The notes under the pieces: generated by a model
What the model was told of the DNA's origin: nothing
Databases searched by the model: none
The model's input: only the letters and a program-made list of their open reading frames with translations
Position numbers and translations under genes: made by a program
Origin: a virus
Lineage: Duplodnaviria; Caudoviricetes
Strand: one strand, 5' to 3'
DNA length: 30,829 nucleotides
Virus record (IMG/VR): IMGVR_UViG_3300004633_000024
Span: 1-30,829 of that record
In this document: in pieces, positions 1-9,700 of the stretch
Layout of the letters: each line of letters opens with the position of its first letter
Position numbering within the stretch: position 1 is the stretch's first letter

Positions 1-33
1 GGGCGCGTCGGACAAGCGAGACATCGAGGCGAA

Positions 34-720
34 CTAGAATTGCGCCCAGGTGATCGAGCCGCCGGTCTGTGCGGTGCCAGAAAAGAGCACGCAGACGTCG
101 TTGTTGGCGTCGGGCGTAATCGCGATGACGCCGATACCGTTGCCGGCTGCATAGCCGCCGTTCGCTGTGCCCTGGTCGCCGCGCGCCGCCGTAGCGCCGT
201 TGAGGAGTCCCTTGGCCCCGGTGTCGCACTCCGTCGACGACTTTGTGCCCTCGACGATCGCCCAATTGATCGCGCCGGCGACGGGCCCGACCTTGGCGAA
301 GCAGATATAGACTTTCTGGCCCGAGACCTTCGAGACGAGCTTGATCGCGGTCGAGGCCCCGTTGTTGTCGAACGGGGTCGTATTCGTATTGGCGATCGTC
401 CGGCCGGCGCAACCCGCTTCGACGAGCCAGGCTGAGGTATTCGTGCCGCTGCCGGTGCTCTGCGAGGCCGGTTGCGGGTTCGTCAGCGTCGGCTGATCGG
501 TCGCTAATACGACGCGCTGCGTGCCGGCCGATTTAGTGCCGCTGTTCGTGTCGATCGTCGTGCCGTTGAGCTTGTCGAGCTCGAAAAAGCAGAGCGCCGA
601 CGACGACGCGCAGGGGATATAGGCGGCGAGCGCCGGCAAGACGCGCGTCGCCTCGCCGAGCAAAGCGCCGCCGACGAGCAAGCCCGCCGCCGCCAGCGCC
701 AGAACAATGCTGCGTCTCAC
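34..720 (-). CDS. Hypothetical exported or virion-associated protein with N-terminal signal peptide
   Basis: GTG start overlaps the tail fibre stop (GTGA). N-terminus MRRSIVLALAAAGLLVGGALLG is signal-peptide-like; the rest is Gly/Ala/Thr-rich with several Cys. Confidence 0.7.
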   Translation of the reverse strand: MRRSIVLALAAAGLLVGGALLGEATRVLPALAAYIPCASSSALCFFELDKLNGTTIDTNSGTKSAGTQRVVLATDQPTLTNPQPASQSTGSGTNTSAWLVEAGCAGRTIANTNTTPFDNNGASTAIKLVSKVSGQKVYICFAKVGPVAGAINWAIVEGTKSSTECDTGAKGLLNGATAARGDQGTANGGYAAGNGIGVIAITPDANNDVCVLFSGTAQTGGSITWAQF

Positions 721-1730
721 GGTGCGATCATCCAGTTCGAGGAGCCGTCGCTAATCAGGCCGAGGGCGTCCTTGTTGTCGATAAAGCTGAGCGAGGAATT
801 GCCGTCGATCGTCCCCGAGACCGGGGTGATCGTATGCGTGTCGCCATTGCCGAGCGTCGTCTTGACGACGAGCAGATAGCCGGAATTGCCGCTAGCGGCG
901 GCCGGAATATTGGTTGTCTTGCTGCCGGCCGTCGCGGAGGACCAATAGGTGATCGTCTGATTGGCGGTAAGCGTGACGGTATGCGTCGTGCCGGTCGTTA
1001 CCGGGTCGAGCGCAAAGCCGCCGCCGGCGCCGGCGCCGGCGCTCGCCCATTGCGGGTTCGCGCTCGCGCCCTGCGTCTGCAAGAACTGGCCCGACGTACC
1101 ATGCGCCAGCGCCGCCCAAGCCGAGGCGCCGCGATAGAGCACATCGCCTTGCGCCGAACCGAAGACATAATCGAGCAACGCGGAAAGCGTCGTTGCTATC
1201 GGTACGGCCGCGCCGCCGCTGGTATTGGCGAGCAAATCGCCGTCGGCGATCGCGCTTAGCCCGGTGACCGAAGCCCATTGCGGGTTCGCCGCAGCGCCCT
1301 GCGTCTTGAGAAAGTTTCCCGACGTTCCCGGTGCGAGCACCGCCCAAGCCGAGGCGTCACGATAGAGGATATCGCCTTGCGCCGAGCCAAAGACCGCGTC
1401 GAGCAAGGCCGTGATTGTCTTAAAGCTCGGATCGGCGCTGGCACCATTGTCGGCGAGGATGCGATTAGCGGTGCCGATCGTCGCAAACGCGACCGCGCTC
1501 GTCCCCTCGCCGAGCAAGACCGCATGCGCGGTCAAGCTCGTATCACCGGTGCCGCCTTGCGCGACCGTCACCGGAAAGGAGGCGATGCCACCGACGAGAT
1601 GACCGCCGGCGGTAACGCCGTCCTGCAGGTACAGAAGCCAGTTCGTCGTATCGACGACGAGCTCGCCCTTGGGTCCGGTATAGGCGGCGACCTGCGAGGC
1701 GGTGCCGCGCAGTAATTGGACGTCGATCAT
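717..1730 (-). CDS. Tail fibre protein with Mtd-N-like (major tropism determinant N-terminal) domain and internal repeats
   Basis: N-terminal QLLRGT...GPKGELVVDTT...LYLQDGVTAGG motif; two GSAQGD(I/V)LYR...NPQWAS repeats; lies directly downstream of the tail-tip genes. Confidence 0.8.
   Translation of the reverse strand: MIDVQLLRGTASQVAAYTGPKGELVVDTTNWLLYLQDGVTAGGHLVGGIASFPVTVAQGGTGDTSLTAHAVLLGEGTSAVAFATIGTANRILADNGASADPSFKTITALLDAVFGSAQGDILYRDASAWAVLAPGTSGNFLKTQGAAANPQWASVTGLSAIADGDLLANTSGGAAVPIATTLSALLDYVFGSAQGDVLYRGASAWAALAHGTSGQFLQTQGASANPQWASAGAGAGGGFALDPVTTGTTHTVTLTANQTITYWSSATAGSKTTNIPAAASGNSGYLLVVKTTLGNGDTHTITPVSGTIDGNSSLSFIDNKDALGLISDGSSNWMIAP
1045..1410. repeat. Imperfect direct repeat inside the tail fibre gene, 228-bp period
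   Basis: gcccattgcgggttcgc starts at both 1045 and 1273; the encoded units are LLDAVFGSAQGDILYRDASAW...NPQWAS and LLDYVFGSAQGDVLYRGASAW...NPQWAS. Confidence 0.9.
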
Positions 1731-2615
1731 TTATGCGCCGATGAGCCCGAGGTCGATTTGCAATGTCGACGCCGTACCGAGCGCGCCAAAGTCACAGCGC
1801 GCGCTGATCGCCGTCTGGTCGAGACTGCCCCAATCTTCCGAGCAACCGCCGGCGAGCCCGATTATTACCGGGCAAGCCCCGGGGCCGCCGGTCTCGCTCA
1901 ATCCGGCACCGGTCAGCGTATAGCTGTAGTGCGGAACGATCGCGATATCTTGGAGCGCCAGCCCGAGGCTGTTGAACGAGGGGAACTTCAGATAGATCGT
2001 CTTGCCGACAAGATTGGCCGGGTATTGCTGGACAAAGACCGGCCCGGCGACGCGCGCGAATTGGCTGCCGCTATTGTGCGCGCCGATCGTCGTGCCGTAG
2101 AGCCCGCGCCGGAGATAGGTGCCGAGATCGTAGCGATAGGCGCTCGTCAGCGTCGCCGCCGAATAGGCGATAAGCTCGCCGTCGCAATAGCACAGCGTGA
2201 CAAAATCGTCGGCGTCGGCGCTCGTGCCGGCAATCAGCGCGCCCTGGCTCGCGGAGAGATCGACCGACAAGGTGTGTGTCGTATCGGGGTCCGATCCGGA
2301 TGCGAAATTCGCCGTCAATACCCCTTGCACGCCGCCGCGGCGGATCGTCCCAAGCTGCCCGTAAGTGCCGGCGCCCCCGGCCTCGACGCTGAGCCAAACC
2401 TGGCAACCGCCCCAATCAGCCGAGGGGCCGGTCGCGATGATCCAGAGCTCGAGCTCGTTGCCGGTAAGATCCGGTCCCGGCTCGAACATGACCGGCGCGT
2501 TGATAAAGCCGGGATTGGCGCTGACAATGTCGGTAAGCCCGAGCCCGCCGCCGGTGTCTTTTGGGTAGACGAGCGCCGTCGAAACGCCGCTTGGGCTTAT
2601 CGGGGGCAATGGCAT
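1731..2615 (-). CDS. Tail-tip / host-specificity protein, C-terminal part encoded as a separate gene
   Basis: APVMFEP...LWI...WGGCQVW...TLCYCDGELIAY...YLRRGLYGT...H..G..FAR motifs resemble the C-terminal half of GTA-like phage tail-tip proteins. Confidence 0.75.
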   Translation of the reverse strand: MPLPPISPSGVSTALVYPKDTGGGLGLTDIVSANPGFINAPVMFEPGPDLTGNELELWIIATGPSADWGGCQVWLSVEAGGAGTYGQLGTIRRGGVQGVLTANFASGSDPDTTHTLSVDLSASQGALIAGTSADADDFVTLCYCDGELIAYSAATLTSAYRYDLGTYLRRGLYGTTIGAHNSGSQFARVAGPVFVQQYPANLVGKTIYLKFPSFNSLGLALQDIAIVPHYSYTLTGAGLSETGGPGACPVIIGLAGGCSEDWGSLDQTAISARCDFGALGTASTLQIDLGLIGA

Positions 2616-2619
2616 GTTG

Positions 2620-4806
2620 TCAGATGCCCGCGATCGCGTCGGCGATCATTAGATAGCCGAGCCCGTCCGGGTTGACCGCCGCCGGATGAAAACCGGCGTC
2701 GGCGCCGGGGTTGATCAAGAGCCCCGATTGCGGCGGCGCGTTCACCCAATCGTAGAGCACGCGCCATTGAAAAGTGCCAGCGTCGCTAAGCGGCGGCCAC
2801 GGGCCGTCGATAATCCCCCAAGGCGGCAGGGCGGCCGTCGCGTAGAGGCTCGACATATTCTCGGGCGCAATCAGCCAGCCGAAAATGATGCCGTTTGGCG
2901 AATTTGTCGAAACCCCCGAGACTTGCGGCGACGTATTGTTGTCGGCGACTTTCTTTGGCAAGCTCCCGTTGGTGTCCCAGACGGTTGCCCAATCGACGCC
3001 GCCAGCGACGCCGAGAATCGCGATCGAAGGCAGATAGCCGAGACCGGCGAAATTGGCTTGCACAGTAATGCGCGTCCCGACTGCGACGCTGCGCACATCG
3101 GCCCACCAGATCTCGCCGCTAGCCTCGACGCTGCCCGGTGCGAGGGCGGTGTAGGCGGTGCGCTTGTGCCAGACGAGCGTTCCGAGATCGTCGGTGATAT
3201 TGGCGACCGCCGCCGGCGGGGTTAGGCCATTGGCGCGATTGGCGACAAAGGCGACGAGCAGATCGACCCGGGTGACCGGCGTCGTGAAGTAGTTCGTGAC
3301 AATCTCGATCCAGGCCGGCCGCGTTGCGAGGACGCTCGCCTCACTCGGGCTCCACGCCGGGTCGTAGGCGCTGGTCGAGGCGACCGAGGCGACCGACATC
3401 GGTATGATCGGCGGGATCGGCGGCGGCGGTGCTACAGCACCGATGACCGGATCCTCGGCCTCGATCGTCAGATCGCCGTTTTCGTTCTCCTCGATGCTGG
3501 TGATGCGCACCGGGAATTGGTTCAGATAAGCGTCGCCGGCGCGCCCGGTGAGCAATACGATGTCCATCGGCTCGAGCAACGCATAGCGCCAGCCGAGTTG
3601 GAACTTCACGGTGGTGTGGCGCATGTACTGGCCGCGCTGGAGATAGATCTGCGCCGAGACATTGGCGCTGGCGGCGTTGCAAAAGCATTTGCCCTGCAGA
3701 TGGTCGGCGGTGCGCAAACCGTACTGGTCGATCGCGCCCTGGTCGAAATTCGCCATCACCGTCGAATTGTAGAAATTCCCGCGGTCGAGATACTCCATCG
3801 TCACCCAGTTGAGCGCATCGGCCGGGTTCGAGCGCGTGATCTCGATCGGGTCGTCCTTGTTCTCCTCGAGGCTGCCGAGCTGGCCCATATGCCACGGCAA
3901 GAAATCATCGTCGGTGAGGCTGTAGACCGGGATGAGGTTCGGGTCCCACGTCACGCCGTTGCCGGCGAGCGCGACATCGCCATAGGGAATGAATTTTAAG
4001 AGACTGCCGGACCAGACGATCGCGGTATTGGTCAATTTGGCGAGCGAAGCGATCCATTCCTGCGCTTCCTGCTGGCCGTCGAGCGCAACCGAGATGACGA
4101 GTCCCGCCGCCAAGCAATAATTGCCGTAGACCGTACCGATATCGGGGTCGAGGTTGGTGATCGGAAAGCCAGCGCCGTAGCGCGCATTGGTCAGAAAATC
4201 GGTGACGACGATCGCCGGGTTCGCATCGCGCGGCCAACTCGGCCCGGCGGTGCCGGCGGCAATGCCGGTGACCTCAAACGAGATATTCGGGATCGCTGGC
4301 GAGGGCCCGAGATCCATCGGCGTGCCGGTGACGTGGCACGTCCCGGAATAGCCGACCTGCGCGCCGAGCCCCGCAAAGACCGGGTCTGGTGCCTGGCCGT
4401 CATTGCCGGCATAGGCGGTGAGGCCGACCGATTGGAAATACGCGACGCCCGAGGAGGACCAGACAAAATTTCTGGCGTCGATCGACACTGGACCCTGGCA
4501 AATCGCGAAATCGACGTCGACCGTAAAATCGACCTGGCCCGAACCCTTTTTGCCGCCGCCCTTGCCGCCGCCGCCGCCTTTGCCGCCGTGCTTGCCGCCG
4601 CCGCCCTTTTTGCCGTGCCCCTGACCGCCGTGTTGCTGAAAATTGCGGTAGTCGATCAGGTTCACTTGCTGGCGCGTCGTGCCGTAGATCAATGGCACAA
4701 CCGAACCCTGCTGCGCGGTATTGTAGCGCAGCGCATTGAGGTTCTGGTGCTGCCACGCATTGGTCTGCAAAAACGGCTGGCGCGGCCGCCGGAACAGGAA
4801 CCCCAT
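2620..4806 (-). CDS. Tail-tip (baseplate hub / Phage-tail_3-like) protein with an extra C-terminal domain
   Basis: GSVVPLIYGTTR, a Gly/Lys loop, PNISFEV, DANPA...DFLTNARYGAG and LEPMDIV motifs; follows the NlpC/P60 gene. Confidence 0.85.
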   Translation of the reverse strand: MGFLFRRPRQPFLQTNAWQHQNLNALRYNTAQQGSVVPLIYGTTRQQVNLIDYRNFQQHGGQGHGKKGGGGKHGGKGGGGGKGGGKKGSGQVDFTVDVDFAICQGPVSIDARNFVWSSSGVAYFQSVGLTAYAGNDGQAPDPVFAGLGAQVGYSGTCHVTGTPMDLGPSPAIPNISFEVTGIAAGTAGPSWPRDANPAIVVTDFLTNARYGAGFPITNLDPDIGTVYGNYCLAAGLVISVALDGQQEAQEWIASLAKLTNTAIVWSGSLLKFIPYGDVALAGNGVTWDPNLIPVYSLTDDDFLPWHMGQLGSLEENKDDPIEITRSNPADALNWVTMEYLDRGNFYNSTVMANFDQGAIDQYGLRTADHLQGKCFCNAASANVSAQIYLQRGQYMRHTTVKFQLGWRYALLEPMDIVLLTGRAGDAYLNQFPVRITSIEENENGDLTIEAEDPVIGAVAPPPPIPPIIPMSVASVASTSAYDPAWSPSEASVLATRPAWIEIVTNYFTTPVTRVDLLVAFVANRANGLTPPAAVANITDDLGTLVWHKRTAYTALAPGSVEASGEIWWADVRSVAVGTRITVQANFAGLGYLPSIAILGVAGGVDWATVWDTNGSLPKKVADNNTSPQVSGVSTNSPNGIIFGWLIAPENMSSLYATAALPPWGIIDGPWPPLSDAGTFQWRVLYDWVNAPPQSGLLINPGADAGFHPAAVNPDGLGYLMIADAIAGI

Positions 4807-4816
4807 CGCAGTTGCG

Positions 4817-5236
4817 TCAGAACGGGCTGATGAATTTTATTGGCCGGCCGCCGAGCCTGCCCTGCAGCCCGTCGCCGCGGATCACGCCGTTCTTTGGGTC
4901 GGCGTGGATAATCTGCGGCCAGCCGACGACAATACCGGCATGCGCAAAAACGCGCCCCCATTTGTAGAGCACGACATCGGCGGGCTCGGGGATCGCGACC
5001 TCGCGGCCATGCGCGAGCAGCCCTTCGAGATAGGTCTCGTCGTCGCGGTGACACATGAAATCCGGCCGGTAGAACGGCACCTCGATCGGCCCGACAATAC
5101 CGGCGCGCTGGTAGACCTCGACCAATAAGGTCAGGCAATCGACGCCGGTGCCTCGCACCCGCGCCATGTGGTGGTACGGCGTTTTGAGCCAGCGCTCGGC
5201 TTCGGCGAGCACCGCCTGGCGCTGCGGGTCCATCAA
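4817..5236 (-). CDS. NlpC/P60 family tail-associated peptidase
   Basis: AERWLKTPYHH...GVDC (catalytic Cys) and FAHAGI (catalytic His), IIHA; canonical position in the tail-tip cassette. Confidence 0.92.
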   Translation of the reverse strand: MMDPQRQAVLAEAERWLKTPYHHMARVRGTGVDCLTLLVEVYQRAGIVGPIEVPFYRPDFMCHRDDETYLEGLLAHGREVAIPEPADVVLYKWGRVFAHAGIVVGWPQIIHADPKNGVIRGDGLQGRLGGRPIKFISPF

Positions 5237-6129
5237 ATAGCCGTCTCAGGCGGCGGGATATAGGGAAAGCCGCCGAAATGCGCCTGGTTGCCAAACGTAT
5301 TCGTGCAGGTATTGAGGGTCTTGTCGCAACCCGGTAATAAGGTGAACTGGTCGCCCTCGCTGACCGGGAAAATCCACGGCGACAAAAAATAGACGGTGCC
5401 GCTGACGAGGCGCGAGATCGTGCGGCTATAGCCGTTGTTAGCCCCCGAAGTGCCGGTGATCGTGCCGTTGTCGTAGAGCGTCGACGGGCTAGGGCTGAGC
5501 CCGGTCGCGATCTGCGTCCGGTCCGAGCCGAAGAGCGCGACGACCTCGGCCCGCATTGTCGTGCGGTCGAAGAGGCACATCGCATCGCCAAAATGAAAAT
5601 TGCACGATGCTGAGAACAGCCGATGCGGCATCTGCACTGTCAGCAGATCTAGCAGGCTCTTCACTCGCATCATCAGCTTGGTGCGGCCGATCTCGATATC
5701 GCCGACCCGGCCGGTAAACCAGTTGATCGTGCCGACAACGGTCCCGGCCTCAATATAGGCGCGGTCGAGCGCCATCTCGGCGCCGTCGAAAATCCCAGCC
5801 CACGCGCCGTATTGCCAAGTCAACGGACCGCCGTTGAGCCCGAGCGAGTCGTTCTCGCCGACCAGGATCTCGATCTCGAGCTCGTCGACCTGCGTACCGA
5901 TCTGCACCTTGGTCTTGGTCCGCTTGAAGCGCGGCCCCAATGGGTAGAGGTCGACCCCGAATGCCGGGTCGGTATTGGGCGGCGGCGCCATTAGCGCGGT
6001 CTGAAAGCCCGAATACCGCAGCGTCTCGCCGCCTTTGAGTGAGAACGTATAGAGGTCGGCGATCTGGATATCGGCGAGCGGGCTCCAATCGGCGAGCAAT
6101 TGGACGACCGCCGGAATCGCCGGCTTCAC
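5233..6129 (-). CDS. DUF2163 / BR0599-family tail hub protein
   Basis: C-terminal GCDKTLNTCTNTFGNQAHFGGFPYIP and internal C...GD..C. Start placed at GTG 6129, which overlaps the upstream stop (GTGA). Confidence 0.9.
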   Translation of the reverse strand: MKPAIPAVVQLLADWSPLADIQIADLYTFSLKGGETLRYSGFQTALMAPPPNTDPAFGVDLYPLGPRFKRTKTKVQIGTQVDELEIEILVGENDSLGLNGGPLTWQYGAWAGIFDGAEMALDRAYIEAGTVVGTINWFTGRVGDIEIGRTKLMMRVKSLLDLLTVQMPHRLFSASCNFHFGDAMCLFDRTTMRAEVVALFGSDRTQIATGLSPSPSTLYDNGTITGTSGANNGYSRTISRLVSGTVYFLSPWIFPVSEGDQFTLLPGCDKTLNTCTNTFGNQAHFGGFPYIPPPETAI

Positions 6130-6743
6130 AGCACGAGGCTCGTCAGTTTGACTTGCTTCAACGACCACAGCCGATCGACGAAATTCTCGAAATCGAGCGC
6201 GTCCGGGAAATAGACGCGAAAGAAAAACGTGAAATCGGCGCTGATCGTCTGCCCGCCGATCGCGCTCGGGAACGTAATGATGCCGGTATTGGTATCGAGC
6301 GAATAACCAAAGGTCTGCGTGCCGTTGATATAGACCGCGTTCACATCATTGGGCGCGATGACCCATTCGCTGCGGCCGCCCGGCGCCAATTGCCGGACGA
6401 GTTGGAACTGCGTGCCGGTCGTATCGCTCGGCACCGGGATCAAGACTTGCCCCACGGCACTGTTGTCGGTCGGATCGTCGAACAGAAAATCATCGAACGC
6501 GCCCTGCCGCGCGTTGAAAAAGTCGATCAAGGTGCGGAAATCGGTCGGGCTCGTCCCGGCACCCCATTGGCTGCCGTCGTCGAGCACCTCATAGGTCAAC
6601 GTGAAGGACCAGATCGGGTTGATCCAATCGGCGGTCCGCAACGTGCGGCCCGATACCGCGCGCTGCATGCGGGTCCCCCAATTCGGCGTCTTGATGACGC
6701 TGTAACCGAGCCCCGGCAAGACCGGGTAGACAAGGTCGCTCAC
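6126..6743 (-). CDS. DUF2460 family distal tail protein
   Basis: KTPNWGT...SGR...FFNARQGAFDDFLFDDPTD...FQLVR motifs; immediately follows the tape measure gene. Confidence 0.9.
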   Translation of the reverse strand: MSDLVYPVLPGLGYSVIKTPNWGTRMQRAVSGRTLRTADWINPIWSFTLTYEVLDDGSQWGAGTSPTDFRTLIDFFNARQGAFDDFLFDDPTDNSAVGQVLIPVPSDTTGTQFQLVRQLAPGGRSEWVIAPNDVNAVYINGTQTFGYSLDTNTGIITFPSAIGGQTISADFTFFFRVYFPDALDFENFVDRLWSLKQVKLTSLVL

Positions 6744-6753
6744 CTATAGCCCA

Positions 6754-9700
6754 TTAGGCCGCGGCGGCGTTAAAGTTGCGGCGCTGCCGCGCCATCGACG
6801 CGGCGATCGCCTCGCCGCGCGACATCAAGACGCGATCGAGGTCGCGGCTATTGAGCACGCCCGAGATATTCCAGTTGTGCGTATGACTGGCTGAGCTGCC
6901 CGCCGCGCCGGCCGCAAAATCGGGCGATAGCGCGGGCGAGCCAAAGCCGCCGATCATGCTCTGCAGCCCGCGCGAGATATTGGCCGGCAAGACCATCTCC
7001 TCGGGGTGCAAGATCGAGAGGCCGCCGCCGGCGATCATGCCGCCCGCCGCCGACGGTACGATCCCGCCCCGTTCGAAGAACAGACCGGCGATGCTGCCGA
7101 TCAGCGGAATTCCCTTGATGAAGCTACCGAGCCCGCCGGCGCTCTGCGCCGTCGAATTAGCCTCAGTCGCAACCGTGTTCGACGTCGTCGCGACGGTATT
7201 GAGCCCGGTCGTCGTCGTGTTGACCGCCTTCATGCCGGTGTCGGTCGCGGTCACCGCGCCGTGGCCGGTAAGCGCCGCCGCAGCGCTGCCGGCCGCCGTA
7301 CCGAGCAAGCCGACCTGCGTCGCCGCGGCGGTCGAGGCGGTACCGAGCGCGGTCTCGCCGGCGCCTTTGGCAGCGCCCGGCAGGAAGCTCATAAACTTGT
7401 CGCCGATGCCCTCGAACAATTTGCCGGCGCCCGAGGCGTCGAGCAACCGCGTCCCGACCGCGTCGAGCGCCTTTTTTTCCTGCGCCTGGATGAAACCGCC
7501 GATCTGCTGCATGGTGCCGCCGCCCTTGCCCCAGGCGGCATTGACGATGCCGGAGCTCAATGAGTTGGCGATCTCGGCGTCGATCGCATGTGCGCGCTGC
7601 TCATGCTCGATCTCGGCCTTTTCCATGATCTGCCGCTGTTTCTCGGCGGTCTTCGCGGCGAGCTCTTCCCTGCGGTTCGCGACCTCCTGCGCGAGCTTGA
7701 TCTGACCCTGCGCGAGTTCGGTTTCCTTTGCGAGGATCGCGTTCGCGGCCGCGTCGTGCACCACGACGATCTGCTCCTCGGCAGCCGCCGCCGCGTCGAT
7801 CGTCAGGTTGCCGACGCTGCGCTGCTGTTCGACGCGCTGGAGATCCGCGGCCTCAGACTGGTCCAGGATGCGGCGCTGCGTCTCGAGCTTTGAAATCTCG
7901 GCGCGCGCGACCTCCTCCTCGTAGCGCTGCTGCTGCTGCGCGGCGCGGTTGAGCGTACCGATCTCGCCGGCGAGCCAGCCCTCCTGATTGACGCGGATCT
8001 TGCTGTCGGCCGCCTCGTTGAGCGCGACCTTGCGCGCGTAGGCCTCCTGCGCGATATCGGTCTTTTGCTTCTCGATCGCGGCAATCGCGGTCTGGTTGCC
8101 CTTCGCCTGGGTGATCTCGTAATCGAGCCACTTTTCGCGGACGCTGACCTCCTCGTTGATCGCCTTGAGCTGGTCCTCGAGATCCTTTTTTTCCTTCGCG
8201 TAATCGCGCGCCGCCGGCGCGACGTAGGTCTTCTCGCCGCCGGCTTCCGGATAGGGGCCGCTCTTCGCCCAGGATGCCGTCGCGTTGGCGCCGTATTTGC
8301 GCAGCAGCCACAGCGCCGCCGCGTCCTGATTGGCGGGCGAGATGTCCTCGGGGTTGAGGCCGAGCGCCGCCGCCGCCTCGCGGTAAGTGCCGGGCTGGAA
8401 GCCGTAGGCCCCGAAGGCATGGCTCTTGCCCGGCAATGCGGTGACGTCGGCGAGACTGGCGACCTGCACGCCGCTGGCGTGAAACGTGTCGTAGCGCCCG
8501 CCGCCCTCGCGCCGACGGATCTCGGCGAGCAAGTCGCGCTCCGCCTGCGTCGCCTCGGTAACCGCGTTGGTGTGCTCGGTTGTGGCCGCTGCCGTATCGT
8601 GCCCCTCGCGCGCCGCGCGCTCGCCAAAGCCGACGCCGGGTTGCGTCGTCGCGGGCTCGCCGAAATTGATAAACGGATGCGGCTTGGTCCAGCTTTCCGG
8701 TACGAGCTTGCTGCCCAAGCCGGAATGCGCCTTGATCCATTTGTCGAAGGCGTCCCAGGCTTCAGCCAAGCCTTCCGGCGGCCCTCCCAAGCCCCCGGGC
8801 CCCTCGCTGAAGGTATCCTTGATCGCCGCTTTTATCCCGGCAAGAAAGGAGGCGAGCGGGCCGCCTTGCTTGACGAGTTCGGTCGCCGCTTTTGTCGCCT
8901 CGCTCAACGGCTCGATAAAGCCCGAGAGCATCGATTTTTTGAGCCCCTCGAAAGCGATGCTCAATTTGTTGAGTTGCTCCTCGTATTCGGCGAGCTTGTG
9001 GATGCCCTCGTCGGTCGGGACGTTACCGCCGAGCGCGTCCTTGACCTCCGCCTTCAATTTTTCGGGATCGCGGCTCAATAACGGGACGAGCTCGGACATG
9101 CTGCGTCCGAGGATCTCGCGGAGATTGGCAACGCCGGTCGCCGGGTTGATCGCCTCGGCGACATTGCGCTTATAGGCCTCGGCGAGCGGGCCGTTGATAA
9201 ACGCAATAACGTCGGTAAGGCCGGCCTTCAATTGCTCTTCGCTGATGCCGAGCGCCTCGAAGGCTGCCGCCGGCTTGCCGGTCGGCGCGGTCAGCGCCTC
9301 TTGCATGCGGCGCTCGAGCATTTGGATCGTATGCGCCGCGGACTCGGCGTCGCCGCCGACGAGCTTCAATTCGAGCTTGAAGAGCGCGAGCTTTTCGGCC
9401 GCGACGCCGATCGAGGCGGCCATATTCTCGGTTTTCTCGGCGGCCTCGGCGGTACCGTGGATGAACTCGACGAGTCCCTCGACCGCGAAGAGGCCGCCGA
9501 GCGCGCCGAGCCCGCCGCCAAAACCGGCGAGCAGCGCCAGCGAATTGCCGACCTCTTTCAATTGCCCGACCGCCTCGGTGCCGCCGGCGCGCAAGCCGGC
9601 GAGTGCCTCGCCAGTACCGCGGATCGCGTTCGCGTGCTCCTCATGCGCCGCTTTGCCGGTGCGGAGCTGCGCGGTGAACGCCGCGACGTCGGCCTTGGCG

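Noticed and set aside
717-1730. Diversity-generating retroelement suggested by the Mtd-N-like domain and repeats
   Set aside because: No reverse transcriptase is in the window, and the repeats are in-frame protein repeats whose differences are not confined to adenine positions.
2612-2625. Stop-codon readthrough or recoding joining the two tail-tip ORFs
   Set aside because: The TGA and the next ATG are 4 nt apart (out of frame), no slippery sequence is evident, and all three stop codons terminate genes normally elsewhere.
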